Shown: positions 28,201-40,709, numbered from the stretch's first letter. The stretch: DNA of 64,000 nucleotides from an uncultured Actinomycetes bacterium (GCA_963704725.1 OY969934.1:3168001-3232000), one strand, 5' to 3'. Program-made: numbers and translations. Notes: a model not told the origin generated them from the sequence alone.

Positions 28201-28357
28201 AGTGGCCGGGGCCGATGGGCTCTCGCCGCGCGAACCCGTGAACGCGGGGTCTCCCACCCGGGGGCTTCGCCGAAGACCCGGCGGGTGAAGGGGAGCCGGA
28301 GGCTCCCTCATCTCGGGTACTCAGGTCGGCCTGCGACCCGCCCGATACGACCAACAT

Positions 28358-31300
28358 ATGCGGCGCCGTGCCTGGCAGCTCTATCTCTCTTGCGGCCTGG
28401 CCGCCTTGCTCGCGTTCCTGTTGGTGCCCGGCCTGCGGCAGCGCTCGATCTTCGACCTGATCGCGGTGTCGTCACCGATCGCGGTCGTCGTCGCGGTCCG
28501 TGTGTGGAAACCGCCGGTGAGGGCCCCCTGGTATCTGTTCGCCCTCGGCCTGGCGTCGTTCGCCATCGCGGATGTGATCGCCGCCGGCAACGACCGGCTC
28601 TCCGGCACCGGACTGCCGGTCCCCTCGGTCGGCGACGTCCTGCGGCTGTCGGCCTACCCGTTCCTCGTCGCCGGCATCTTGCTCCTGGCCCGCAGCCGTC
28701 ACCCCCTCCGCAGCCGCGAGAGCCTCATCGACTCACTCATCGTCGCGATCGGCGTCGGCGTCATGTCGTGGGTGTTCCTGATGGCGCCGGCCGCCGAGGA
28801 CCCGACCTCCACGACGGGACAGAAGCTCGTGAGCATGGGGTATCCGTTCATGGACCTCATCCTGGTGACGGTGATCGTCCGCCTGGTGATCGGCCCGAGA
28901 CGGCGCCGGGAACGGGCCTTCTCCCTGTTGCCGGCGGCCGCCCTGGCTCTGTTCGTCACCGACTTCGCCTCCGGCTACGTCTCGGTGCAGGGAATCGTTG
29001 CCGACCAGTCGAGGTACCTGGAGGCCGGCTGGGCGATCTTCTACCTGCTGTGGGGGGCCGCCGCGCTCCACGAGTCCCAGGGCCATCTCGTCGAGCGCCC
29101 GCCCGCCCGGGAGGTCCGGATCACCCGAGGCCGTCTGATCCTCCTCGGCGCCGCGTCGCTGATCCCGCAGGGGGTGCGGGTGGTCGCGCTCCTGCGCCAC
29201 GACGCCATCGACCTGTGGGTGATCACGATCTCGACCACCTGTCTGTTCGTCCTGGTCGTGCTTCGCATGTCCGGCCTCGTCCGCAAGCTCGAGCTGTCGT
29301 TCGGCCGCGAGAAGGCCCTGCGGACGGCGGGCGCCTCCCTCGTCACGGCCACCGACCGGGAGGGGATCGTGGCGGCCGCGATGCAGGCGGTGGGTACGCT
29401 GGCGCCCCGGGGCGACGCCCGGTTGCTGATCAAGCTGGAGCACGGCGAGGAGGACCACTTCACGGTCGTCGCCTCCTCGGACGTGTTCACCGGGCCCGTC
29501 GGAACCTCGATCGAGGTGATGGACGCCGAGATCGATCGCGCGTCCCTGGAGCAACACCACTCGGTCCAGCGCTCGATGCCCCGGCTGGCGCGCGACCTGG
29601 CCCTCGCCCCGACCACGACCTCGGTGCTCGTGATCCCGCTGTTCATGCGGGGCGATCTGAGCGCACTCCTCGTCCTCGGCACCGACGAGAAGCTCCCCAC
29701 GGCCGCCGCCGACGGACTCGAGGCGCTGTCCTCCCAGGTCGCGCTGGGGCTCGAGAGCGCGACGCTCACCGAGGACCTCCTGCGCCGCAAGAGCGAGGCG
29801 CGCTTCTCCTCGCTGGTCCAGAACTCCTCCGACGTGGTCATGGTCGTGGACGCCGACTCGACGATCCGATACATGAGCCCCTCGGTCGAGGGGGTGTTCG
29901 GCTACTCCGCTCGCGAGCTCGAGGGCGGGAAGCTGATCGAGCGGATCCACCCCGATGAGAAGACGAAGATGCTTCAGTTCCTCACGACCGAGGGCCGCGA
30001 GGGCGACGACCACCCGGTCCTGACACCGTTCCGGATGCGCCACCGGGACGACTACTGGCTCGACGTCGAGATCCTGCAGACGAACCTCCTGCACGATGAC
30101 AACGTCCGAGGCATCGTCCTCAACACGCGGGACGTGTCGGAGCGCAAGGCGATCGAGCAACAGCTCGCGCACCAGGCGTTCCACGACTCCCTCACCGGCC
30201 TGGCCAACCGCGCCCTGTTCAAGGATCGCGTCGAGCACGCACTCGAGCGCCGGGGCCGCGACGGCGAGCCGGTCTCGGTGCTGTTCATGGACATCGACGA
30301 CTTCAAGACGATCAACGACTCGCTCGGCCACGCGGCCGGCGACCGCCTGCTCGGCGAGGTCGGCGACCGCGTGAAGAACACGCTCCGCCAGGCCGATACC
30401 GCGGCCCGGTTGGGAGGCGACGAGTTCGCCGTCCTGCTCGAGGACGGCGGCGACGGGCTCGAGGCGGCCGAGGTGGCGTCGAGGATCCTGGCCTCGCTCG
30501 AGGGCCCGTTCCACCTGGAGGGCAAGGAGGTCTTCGCCCGCGCTTCGATCGGCATCGCGTCGGCCGAGGACATGGAAGGCGCGGGGACGGAGGGCGCGGA
30601 GGAGCTCCTGCGAAACGCCGACGTGGCGATGTACATGGCGAAGGAGGCCGGCAAGGGCCGGTACCAGGTCTTCGAGCCGGCGATGCACGACACCGCCCTG
30701 AAGCGGCTCGAGCTGAAGGCGGACCTGCAGCGAGCCGTCGACAACGAGGAGTTCGTCGTCCACTACCAGCCGGTGATCGAGCTCGGGACCGGCCGGATCG
30801 AGGGGCTCGAGGCGCTCGTCCGGTGGCAGCACCCCGTCCGAGGGCTCGTCCCGCCGCTGGACTTCATCCCGCTCGCCGAGGAGACCGGGGTCATCGTCGA
30901 GATCGGCACGTGGGTCCTGCGCGAGGCGTGCCTGCGCGGCCGCGAGCTCCAGGAGCGGTTCCCCGCCGAGCCCCCCCTGCACATGTCGGTCAACCTGTCC
31001 GCCCGGCAGCTCCAGCGCCCGGAGATCGTGGGCGACGTCGCGGTCACGCTGATGGAGACGGGGTACGAACCGTCGTGCCTGGTCCTGGAGATCACCGAGT
31101 CCGTGATGATGCAGGACATGGACCTGTCGATCCAGCGGCTGGCCGAGCTGAAGGAGCTCGGCGTCAAGCTGGCGGTCGACGACTTCGGGACCGGCTACTC
31201 CAGCCTCAACTACATCCGCCGCTTCCCCGTGGACATCCTCAAGGTCGACAAGTCGTTCGTGGACGGCGTCAGCGAGGGCGGCGAGGAGTCGGCGCTCACC

Positions 31301-31516
31301 GCGGCCATCATCGAGCTCGCCGCGATCCTCAAGCTCCGGCCGGTCGCCGAGGGCATCGAGCGCGCCGATCAGCTGGACAAGCTGCTCGCGCTCAACTGCG
31401 ACCTGGGCCAGGGCTTCTACTTCGCCAAGCCCCTGCCGATGGCCTCCGTCGACGAGCTGCTCACGGCGCGAAGCGCTCTCGCCCAGCGCGAGACCGAGCT
31501 CTCGCCCGAACGCTAG
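28358..31516 (+). CDS. Membrane-bound GAF-PAS-GGDEF-EAL c-di-GMP enzyme (paralogue 2)
   Basis: Same architecture and colinear with paralogue 1. Intact GGDEF, EAL and DDFGTG motifs. Confidence 0.93.
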   Translation: MRRRAWQLYLSCGLAALLAFLLVPGLRQRSIFDLIAVSSPIAVVVAVRVWKPPVRAPWYLFALGLASFAIADVIAAGNDRLSGTGLPVPSVGDVLRLSAYPFLVAGILLLARSRHPLRSRESLIDSLIVAIGVGVMSWVFLMAPAAEDPTSTTGQKLVSMGYPFMDLILVTVIVRLVIGPRRRRERAFSLLPAAALALFVTDFASGYVSVQGIVADQSRYLEAGWAIFYLLWGAAALHESQGHLVERPPAREVRITRGRLILLGAASLIPQGVRVVALLRHDAIDLWVITISTTCLFVLVVLRMSGLVRKLELSFGREKALRTAGASLVTATDREGIVAAAMQAVGTLAPRGDARLLIKLEHGEEDHFTVVASSDVFTGPVGTSIEVMDAEIDRASLEQHHSVQRSMPRLARDLALAPTTTSVLVIPLFMRGDLSALLVLGTDEKLPTAAADGLEALSSQVALGLESATLTEDLLRRKSEARFSSLVQNSSDVVMVVDADSTIRYMSPSVEGVFGYSARELEGGKLIERIHPDEKTKMLQFLTTEGREGDDHPVLTPFRMRHRDDYWLDVEILQTNLLHDDNVRGIVLNTRDVSERKAIEQQLAHQAFHDSLTGLANRALFKDRVEHALERRGRDGEPVSVLFMDIDDFKTINDSLGHAAGDRLLGEVGDRVKNTLRQADTAARLGGDEFAVLLEDGGDGLEAAEVASRILASLEGPFHLEGKEVFARASIGIASAEDMEGAGTEGAEELLRNADVAMYMAKEAGKGRYQVFEPAMHDTALKRLELKADLQRAVDNEEFVVHYQPVIELGTGRIEGLEALVRWQHPVRGLVPPLDFIPLAEETGVIVEIGTWVLREACLRGRELQERFPAEPPLHMSVNLSARQLQRPEIVGDVAVTLMETGYEPSCLVLEITESVMMQDMDLSIQRLAELKELGVKLAVDDFGTGYSSLNYIRRFPVDILKVDKSFVDGVSEGGEESALTAAIIELAAILKLRPVAEGIERADQLDKLLALNCDLGQGFYFAKPLPMASVDELLTARSALAQRETELSPER

Positions 31517-32028
31517 AGGTCGACCCGGTACCGAACGGTCGGGCGCATCTCGCAATCGACGCGTTCGCTGGTGGTGGTCCCGTCCGGCTTCCAGCCGGCG
31601 ATCTCGTAGAACCTCCGCGAGCGCTCGTTGCTCTGGAGCACCCACAAGGTCGCCGTTCGGAAGCCGCGCTCGCGCAGGTCGTCGACGGCGTGAGCGAAGA
31701 GCCGCCGGCCGACTCCCGCGCCGACGCGATCGGGCTCCAGGTAGATCGCGTAGACCTCGGCCGTGCGCTCGTCCGCGTCGGCGTCCTGGCTCTTCGCGGT
31801 GACCGCGAACCCCACGGGTCGGCCGTCCTCCTCGGCCACCCACATCCGGTAGTCGGGCGGCTGGGAGACGAGGGAGCCGCGGTGCATCTCGAGCCGGTCC
31901 TCGACCTTCAAGCCGTCGAGGTAGTCGTCGGTGAGCTGGCCCCGGTAGGAATCCTGCCAGGCGCGCACGTGGATCCCGGCGATCGCCTCGGCGTCCTTGG
32001 CTTCGCCCTCGCGGATGCGTAGGGTCAC
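31513..32028 (-). CDS. GNAT family N-acetyltransferase
   Basis: IHVRAWQDSYRG, EVYAIYL...GAGVGRRL, LWVLQSNERSRRFYE..GW. Confidence 0.9.
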   Translation of the reverse strand: MTLRIREGEAKDAEAIAGIHVRAWQDSYRGQLTDDYLDGLKVEDRLEMHRGSLVSQPPDYRMWVAEEDGRPVGFAVTAKSQDADADERTAEVYAIYLEPDRVGAGVGRRLFAHAVDDLRERGFRTATLWVLQSNERSRRFYEIAGWKPDGTTTSERVDCEMRPTVRYRVDL

Positions 32029-32115
32029 GGTCGAAGCCTAGTTCGTGATGACCGACTCCGACTCGCCCAACCCTGCCGACGCTTCTCGCGCGCCCAGGCG
32101 TGGCAGGATGGATGA

Positions 32116-32382
32116 GTGAGCAAGGACCTCGGATTCGGCTGCGCGTATTGCGCCGACGAACAGAACCGGGCTTTCGGGCACGTAGAGCAGATCGGATCGA
32201 ATGAACTGGGAAGGCTGCTTCTCCAGTGTCCGCGGTGCTCAACGCTCTACGAGCTCACACCTGGGCGCGACGTGATTCGACGACTCTCCGAACATGACGC
32301 ACGCGAGCTCTTCCCAGACGACGGACCCGGTGACGCGCTGAGTCGGTTCGGACCGAGCCCGGGGATGTCGTCGGAAACGTGA
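32116..32382 (+). CDS. Small hypothetical protein with two CxxC motifs (zinc-ribbon-like)
   Basis: CAYC...CPRC. GTG lies 6 nt after CAGGAT. Less GC-biased codons than neighbours. Confidence 0.55.
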   Translation: MSKDLGFGCAYCADEQNRAFGHVEQIGSNELGRLLLQCPRCSTLYELTPGRDVIRRLSEHDARELFPDDGPGDALSRFGPSPGMSSET

Positions 32383-32406
32383 CTGGAACGCCTCGAGGGA
32401 GGCGAG

Positions 32407-32663
32407 TCACTCGGGATCAGCCAGCCGAGGGTTCCCCCGAGGGCGACGTCGAGGTCAACGCGCAGTCGAGCGGAATCCACCCGAGGAGCCCGACGAGCGG
32501 CATCGGCGATGACGGCTCGCGAGACGAACCGTCGCGGTCGCACGGGATGGAGCTCGGCCACCGGCGTCCCCTTCCGCGTGACGATGACGTGACCAGTCTG
32601 TGTCTCGCGGAGCACGCCCGCGAGGTCCCTACCAGCTCAGTCTCGCTGATGGTCCGAGCCTAT
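32407..32663 (-). pseudogene. Degenerate Phd/YefM-type antitoxin remnant
   Basis: ARTISETEL in one frame and VLRETQTGHVIVTRKGTPVAELHP..RRFVSR in another. The expected start reads ATAG, 6 nt after TAGAGT. No toxin gene follows. Confidence 0.6.
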
Positions 32664-32715
32664 TCACCGACTCTACCTGCGCGGGATCTCGGCGCGCAGC
32701 ACCCGTGGGAACTGA

Positions 32716-34284
32716 TCAGCCAGGGTCGCCCTCGCGGGGATGGAGCAGCCCGTAGAGGTAGCCGTCGACGAGAGCTTCCCACGAGGCCTCGATGATGTTC
32801 TCCGAGACGCCGACGGTGGTCCACTCGCGCTGCCCGTTCGAGGTGTCGATCAGGACGCGGACGACGGCGCCGGTGCCGTGGGTCTCGTCGAGGACGCGGA
32901 CGCGGAAGTCCTCGAGCGAGATGTGTTCGAGCTCGGGGTAGTCGTTCGTGAGCGCCTTGCGGAGCGCGTTGTCGAGCGCGCCGACGGGCCCTTGGCCCTC
33001 GGCGCTCTCGATGTGGCGCGTCCCCTTCGTCACGACCTTCACGGTGGCCTCGGCGAGCGGCGACTCGCCGTGGCGCTCCTCGACGTGCACGCGGTAGCTC
33101 TCGATCTCGAAGAAGGGCTGGCTCCACCCGTCGGCCCGGCGCATCAGCAGCTCAAGCGAGGCGTCGGCGACCTCGAACGTGTAGCCGCGGGCCTCCCGGT
33201 CCTTGAGCTCGTCGAGCAGGCCGGGCACCGATCCCTCCGGCATGGCGACGCCGAGCTCGACGGCCTTCATCCGGAGCGTGGCCGCCCCGCCGAGGTCGCT
33301 CGCCACGACACCGCGGCGGTTGCCGACGGCCTCGGGCTCGACGTGCTCGTACGCCCGGGTCAGCCGCGACACGCCGCTCGCGTGCAGGCCGGCCTTGTGC
33401 GTGAACGCGAACCGTCCTGCATAGGGCTGGCGCGCGTCGGGCGCGACGTTCGCCACCTCGGCGACGTAGTGCGAGAGCTCCGTGAGGCGCTCCACCGAGC
33501 CCTGAGGTAGGCACTCGGCGCCCATCTTCAGGATGAGATTCGCGGCGATCGGGACCAGGTCCGCGTTCCCGGTGCGCTCGCCGTAGCCGTTCACGACCGC
33601 CTGGACGTGCTCGACTCCGTGCTCCACCGCGACGAGCGAGTTCGCCACGGCGCAGCCGGTGTCGTTGTGGACGTGGATGCCGAGCGGCGTGCGGACCTGC
33701 GGCACGATCGCGTCGACGACCGACGCCACCTCGAGCGGCAGCATGCCGCCGTTCGTGTCGCAGAGCACGAGGCGCTCGGCGCCGGCCTCCTCCGCCGCGC
33801 GGAGCACCCGGACGGCGAACGCCGGGTCCGAGCGGTACCCGTCGAAGAAGTGCTCGGCGTCGAAGAACACGCGCCGGCCCTCGGCGACCAGGAACGCGAT
33901 CGAGTCGCGCACCATGGCCTCCCCCTCGTCGAGGTCGGTCCGCAGCGTCTCCGTGACGTGGAGGTCCCACGACTTCCCCACCAGGCACACGACCTCGGTG
34001 CCGGCGTCGAGCAGGTCGCGGAGCACCGCCGAGTCCTCGGCGCGCTCCCCCGCCCTCCGGGTCATGCCGAACGCCGTGAGCGTGGCGTGCCTCAGCTCCT
34101 CCTTCGTCGCGAGGCGGAAGAACTCGGTGTCGCGCGGGTTCGCGCCGGGCCAGCCGCCCTCGACGTACGGGACGCCGAGCTGGTCGAGCTTGCGCAGGAT
34201 CCGCAGGCGGTCCTCGATCGAGTACGAGAACCCGGTGCCCTGCGCCCCGTCGCGCAGCGTCGTGTCGTAGAGCTCGACCCTCAT
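32716..34284 (-). CDS. cimA: Citramalate synthase
   Basis: YDTTLRDGAQ, EGGWPGANP, GKSWDLHV, FFDAEHFFDGY, LCDTNGG, NGYGERTGNA, HKAGLHAS, WTTVGVSENIIEASWEAL. Confidence 0.9.
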   Translation of the reverse strand: MRVELYDTTLRDGAQGTGFSYSIEDRLRILRKLDQLGVPYVEGGWPGANPRDTEFFRLATKEELRHATLTAFGMTRRAGERAEDSAVLRDLLDAGTEVVCLVGKSWDLHVTETLRTDLDEGEAMVRDSIAFLVAEGRRVFFDAEHFFDGYRSDPAFAVRVLRAAEEAGAERLVLCDTNGGMLPLEVASVVDAIVPQVRTPLGIHVHNDTGCAVANSLVAVEHGVEHVQAVVNGYGERTGNADLVPIAANLILKMGAECLPQGSVERLTELSHYVAEVANVAPDARQPYAGRFAFTHKAGLHASGVSRLTRAYEHVEPEAVGNRRGVVASDLGGAATLRMKAVELGVAMPEGSVPGLLDELKDREARGYTFEVADASLELLMRRADGWSQPFFEIESYRVHVEERHGESPLAEATVKVVTKGTRHIESAEGQGPVGALDNALRKALTNDYPELEHISLEDFRVRVLDETHGTGAVVRVLIDTSNGQREWTTVGVSENIIEASWEALVDGYLYGLLHPREGDPG

Positions 34285-35326
34285 GCGAGGGCTCCCTCCA
34301 CGACCAGGTCGCCGACCTCGCTCGTCGAGTACCCCATCTGGCCCGCGCGCATCGACGCCATCTTCGAGCACGCGAACCGGATCCCGGCGTCGACACGCGC
34401 CGCGGCATCTGCCTCGCCGAGCTCGGTCAGGAGCATCCCCACGGCGCCGATCGCCGCGAGCGGGTTGATCGTCCCCTTGCCGGTGTGATCGGGTGCGGTG
34501 CCCCCGATCGGCTCGAACATCGACACGCCGTCGGGGTTGATGTTGCCTCCGGCCGCGATGCCCATCCCGCCCTGGATCATGGCGCCGAGGTCCGTGATGA
34601 TGTCGCCGAACATGTTGTCGGTGACGATCACGTCGAACCGGGACGGCTGATCGAGCAGGTAGATGCAGCAGGCGTCGACGTGGACGTAGTCGCGCTCGAC
34701 GGAGGCGTACTCGGAGGCGCCGACCTCGTCGACGACCCGCTGGTAGAGGTCGCCGGCGAAGGTGAGCACGTTCGTCTTGTGGACGAGCGTGAGCTTGCGG
34801 CGCCTCCGAGCTGCCAGCTCGAACGCGTACCGGACGATCCGCTCGACGCCGTGCCGGGTGTTGATCGACTCCTGCACGGCGACCTCGTGCGGGGTGCCCT
34901 TGCGGTGGAACCCGCCCGCGCCGCTATACAGGCCCTCGGAGTTCTCCCGGACGACGACCAGGTCCACGTCGTCCTCCGTGTGCGAGGGGACGAGCGTCTT
35001 CACCCCCGGGTACCGGATCATGGGTCGCAGGTTCACGTACTGGTCGAGCTCGAACCGGATCCGGAGCAGGAGGTCGCGCTCGAGGATCCCCGGGCGGATC
35101 CGCGGATCGCCCACGGCGCCGAGCAGGACGGCGTCCATCTCTCGCAACCGTTCGAGCTCCTCGTCGGGAAGGACCTCACCGGTCCGCAGGTAGCGTTCGC
35201 CGCCGAGGTCGAACTCGACGAGCTCGACGTCGAACCCCCGCCGCACCGCGTCGAGGACCTTGAGGCCCTCGAGGACGACCTCGGGCCCGGTCCCGTCGCC
35301 GGCGATGACCCCGACCCGGTGCGGCG

Positions 35327-35330
<4 letters not shown>
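34281..35330 (-). CDS. leuB: 3-isopropylmalate dehydrogenase
   Basis: [54 protein letters not shown]. Lies between leuA and cimA. Confidence 0.92.
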
Positions 35331-36933
<1,603 letters not shown>

Positions 36934-36937
<4 letters not shown>

Positions 36938-37947
36938 GTCGGCGGCACCTTCCTCTCGGACTCCAGCCAGGGCATCATCCGGCGCAGCTCCCGCCCGACG
37001 TCCTCGAGGCGGGAGGTTCGCGCCTCCTGACGCATCCGAAGGAAGTTGGGGAAGCCGGCGTCGGCCTCCCCGATCCACTCCTTGGCGAAGGCGCCGCTCT
37101 GGATCTCGTCCAGGATGCGGCGCAGCTCCTTCCGCGTGCCGTCGTCCGCGATCCGCGGCCCGCGCGTGTAGTCCCCGTACTCGGCCGTGTCGCTGATGGA
37201 GTAGCGCATCCACGACAGGCCACCCTCGTAGATCAGGTCCACGATGAGCTTGAGCTCGTGCAGGCACTCGAAGTACGCGATCTCCGGCTGGTAGCCGGCC
37301 TCCACGAGCATGTCGAACGCCTGCCGCACGAGCGCGCTCGTGCCACCGCACAGGATCGTCTGCTCGCCGAACAGGTCGGTCTCGGTCTCTTCCTTGAAGG
37401 TGGTCTCGATCACGCCGGCCCGCGCCGCGCCGATGCCGGCGGCGTACGCGAGCGCGCGGTCGCGGGCCCGGCCCGTCGCATCCTGGTGCACGGCGACGAG
37501 CGCCGGCGTGCCGATCCCCTGCTCGAACGTGCGCCGGACGAGGTGCCCGGGGCCCTTGGGGGCGATCATCGTCACGTCGACGTCGGCGGGCGGCTCGATG
37601 GTCCCGAAGTGGATGTTGAAGCCGTGGGCGAACATCAGCATGTCGCCGGCCTTCAGGTTCGGCGCGATCTCCTCCTCGTACACCTTGGCCTGCGAGGTGT
37701 CGGGCAGGACCACCATCGCGACGTCGGAGTCGGCGACGGCGTCGGCGATCGACCGGACCGTCAGGCCGCCCTCCTCGGCGGCCGCCGCGGAGGAGCTGCC
37801 GGGGCGCAGGCCCACCCGGACGTCGTGTCCCGAGTCCTTGAGGTTCAGCGCGTGCGCGTGTCCCTGGCTGCCGAACCCGAGCACGGCGATCCGCTGCCCG
37901 GCGAGCGCCGAGGCGTCGGTGTCCTTCTCGTAGTAGATCGTGGCCAT
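36934..37947 (-). CDS. ilvC: Ketol-acid reductoisomerase
   Basis: [62 protein letters not shown]. Confidence 0.97.
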
Positions 37948-37973
37948 CCGCGTCCTCTCGCTCGCGCCGGCGG

Positions 37974-38528
37974 TCAGACCCCGCCGCCGTTCCAGTCCTC
38001 GGCCCCGGCGGCGGCGGCGCGGGGGCGCTTGCTCTTCTCGCGGATCCCCCGGTCGCCCCGCGCGAGCGCGATCCGGCCGGTCCGGGAGAGCTCGATCACG
38101 CCGTAGTCGCCGAGCAGCGAGAGCAAGGCCTCGAGCTTCTCCGGCTTGCCCGTGGCTTCCAACGTGAGCGTCGAGTGCGTCACGTCGACCACGGTCGCGC
38201 GGAAGACCGTGGCGATCTCCATCACCCGATGACGGTCCTCCCCCACCGCGCGGACCTTCACGAGCATGAGCTCGCGCTCGACGGCCTCCCCCGGCTCGTG
38301 CTCGAGGATCTTGATGACGTTGATCAGCTTGTTCAGCTGCTTCGTGATCTGCTCGAGCGGCTTTCGGTCGACCTGAACGACGATCGTCATCCGCGAGAGG
38401 CCGTCGTCGGCCGTCGGGCCCACCGCGAGCGAGTCGATGTTGAAGCCCCGGGCGGCGAACAGCCCCGCCACGCGCGTCAGCACACCGGGCTTGTCCTCCA
38501 CGAGCACGGAGATCGTGTGCAGCATCAT
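37974..38528 (-). CDS. ilvN: Acetolactate synthase small (regulatory) subunit
   Basis: [63 protein letters not shown]. Confidence 0.95.
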   Translation of the reverse strand: MMLHTISVLVEDKPGVLTRVAGLFAARGFNIDSLAVGPTADDGLSRMTIVVQVDRKPLEQITKQLNKLINVIKILEHEPGEAVERELMLVKVRAVGEDRHRVMEIATVFRATVVDVTHSTLTLEATGKPEKLEALLSLLGDYGVIELSRTGRIALARGDRGIREKSKRPRAAAAGAEDWNGGGV

Positions 38529-40273
38529 GCGACGGGGGCCTCGGCGGGATCGTTGACGGGTTTGAGGCCCTCGGGGCCGACGATGATGTCGTCGTTCGAG
38601 GCGCCGGCCGGGACCATGGGGAAGCACATCTCCCTCGAGTCGACGCGGAAGTCGATCACCACGCTGCGGTCGGTGACGGACAGGGCCTTGTCGATCACGG
38701 CGTCGACCTCGTCGGGATGCTCGGCGCGGAGACCGACCGCGCCGTACGCCTCCGCCAGCTTCACGTAGTCCGGCGTGTCGTAGGACAGGTAGACCTGCGA
38801 GTACCGCTCCTCGTAGAAGAGCTCCTGCCACTGCCTGACCATCCCGAGGTGCGCGTTGTTGATGATCGCCGTGACGAACGGGATGTGCTCGGTGGACGAC
38901 GTCGCGAGCTCTTGGGCCGTCATCTGGAAGCACCCGTCGCCGTCGATCGCGATCACGCGCTCGTCGGGACGGCCGGCCGCCGCGCCGAGCGCCGCCGGCA
39001 CCGCGAACCCCATCGTGCCCAGGCCGCCCGAGTTGATCCAGGTCCGGGGCCGCGTGAACCGCCAGAACTGCGACGCCCACATCTGGTGCTGGCCGACGCC
39101 GGACACCACGATCGCCTCGCCCTTCGTGTGCTCGTACAGCCGCTCGATGGCGAACTGCGGCTTCAACGGGCCGTCGGCCGGCTGCTCGTACTTCAACGGA
39201 TAGGTCCGCTTCCAGTCCTCGAGCGTCGAGAGCCACTCGGAGCGGTCCGGAACCCCACCCGACTCCTCCTGGAGGCGCTTCAGCTCGGCGTGGAGCTTGG
39301 AGATCACGTCCCTCGCGTCGCCGACGATCGGCACGTCGGCCGCACGGTTCTTCCCGATCTCCGCCGGGTCGATGTCGACGTGGATCACCTGGGCGCCGGC
39401 GGCGAACGACGCGAGGTGTCCCGTGACCCGGTCGTCGAACCGCGACCCAAGGGCGACCAGCACGTCCGCCTTCTGCATCGCGGTGACGGCCGTGTACGCA
39501 CCATGCATCCCGGGCATGCCGAGCGCGAGCTCGTGCGTGTCGGGGAAGGCGCCCCGCGCCATGAGTGTGGTGGTGACCGGAAGCCTCGAGTCGACCGCCA
39601 GCCGGAACAGCTCCTTGCTGGCGTTCGCCTTGATCACGCCGCCCCCCACGTACAGGACGGGGCGCTCGGCCTCCATGATCATCCGGGCGGCCGTGCGCAC
39701 CTGCTTCAGGTTGCCCTTGGTGGTGGGCCTGTACCCGGGCAGGTCCACCGACTCCGGCCAGTGCCAGGTGATCTCCTGCAGCTGGACGTCCTTGGGGATG
39801 TCGACCAGGACCGGACCCGGCCGGCCGGTCGAGGCGATGTGGAAGGCCTCGCGGATCGTCTCGGCGAGGTCGTTGGCGTCCTTCACCAGGTAGTTGTGCT
39901 TGGTGACCGGCATCGTGATGCCGCAGATGTCGGCCTCCTGGAAGGCGTCGTTGCCGACCACCGGCGTCGGGACCTGGCCGGTGATCGCGACCAGGGGCAC
40001 CGAGTCCATCTTGGCGTCGGCGAGCGCCGTCACCAGGTTGCAGCCGCCCGGACCCGACGTGGCGATCGCCACGCCCACCCTCCCGGTCGCCCACGCGTAG
40101 CCCTCGGCGGCGTGCCCGGCGCCCTGCTCGTGCCGGCAGAGCACGTGCCGAAGGTTGGCCTCGATCAGCGGGTCGTAGGCGGGCAGGATCGCTCCGCCCG
40201 GGATCCCGAAGACCGTGTCCACGCCCTCGCCCTCGAGGGCCTTGAACAGCGCCTGGGCGCCGGTGACCTTCAT
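38525..40273 (-). CDS. ilvB: Acetolactate synthase large subunit, biosynthetic type
   Basis: [74 protein letters not shown]. Confidence 0.97.
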   Translation of the reverse strand: MKVTGAQALFKALEGEGVDTVFGIPGGAILPAYDPLIEANLRHVLCRHEQGAGHAAEGYAWATGRVGVAIATSGPGGCNLVTALADAKMDSVPLVAITGQVPTPVVGNDAFQEADICGITMPVTKHNYLVKDANDLAETIREAFHIASTGRPGPVLVDIPKDVQLQEITWHWPESVDLPGYRPTTKGNLKQVRTAARMIMEAERPVLYVGGGVIKANASKELFRLAVDSRLPVTTTLMARGAFPDTHELALGMPGMHGAYTAVTAMQKADVLVALGSRFDDRVTGHLASFAAGAQVIHVDIDPAEIGKNRAADVPIVGDARDVISKLHAELKRLQEESGGVPDRSEWLSTLEDWKRTYPLKYEQPADGPLKPQFAIERLYEHTKGEAIVVSGVGQHQMWASQFWRFTRPRTWINSGGLGTMGFAVPAALGAAAGRPDERVIAIDGDGCFQMTAQELATSSTEHIPFVTAIINNAHLGMVRQWQELFYEERYSQVYLSYDTPDYVKLAEAYGAVGLRAEHPDEVDAVIDKALSVTDRSVVIDFRVDSREMCFPMVPAGASNDDIIVGPEGLKPVNDPAEAPVA

Positions 40274-40593
40274 CGCGCCGCCGCCCAGGGCGTGCGCTCC
40301 TCGACCGGGCCGGTGGGGACCCGTCGCACCGAGGCGCCCAGCCGGTGGGCCAGGTTCCGAACCTGCCGCTCGAACTCCCACGGGGTCCAGTCACGGCGGT
40401 GGGAGGTCATGCCCTCCTCGTTCATCCCGCCGCCGAAGTCCCACCCGGCGTCCACATAGGCCTCTTCCTCGCCGAAGAACCGGTCGAACTGCGGCCGGTC
40501 GGCCTGGTCCGCCACGTCCACCGTGACCTGGGCGGGGCCTTCCCAGACGACGCTGGCCAGCGTGCGTCCCCCTCGTTCGAACTCGTATCGCAT
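40270..40593 (-). CDS. 107-aa hypothetical protein, first gene of the ilvB operon
   Basis: AAGGGAG RBS, GC-biased codons, stop overlaps the ilvB ATG (ATGA). Confidence 0.75.
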   Translation of the reverse strand: MRYEFERGGRTLASVVWEGPAQVTVDVADQADRPQFDRFFGEEEAYVDAGWDFGGGMNEEGMTSHRRDWTPWEFERQVRNLAHRLGASVRRVPTGPVEERTPWAAAR

Positions 40594-40644
40594 GTCGCGC
40601 TCCCTTCGTGGTCTGGGCGGGGCGTGGGGCCGGATCCGGGGTAG

Positions 40645-40669
40645 AAAAAACCCCTCGCGCGGCGAGGGG
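40645..40669 (-). terminator. Attenuator terminator of the ilv-leu operon
   Basis: Minus strand CCCCTCGC-CGC-GCGAGGGG followed by TTTTTT. Confidence 0.88.
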
Positions 40670-40709
40670 CATCTGGCGCGGAGTCCGGGCCTCCTGGGCC
40701 CGGCCGCGC

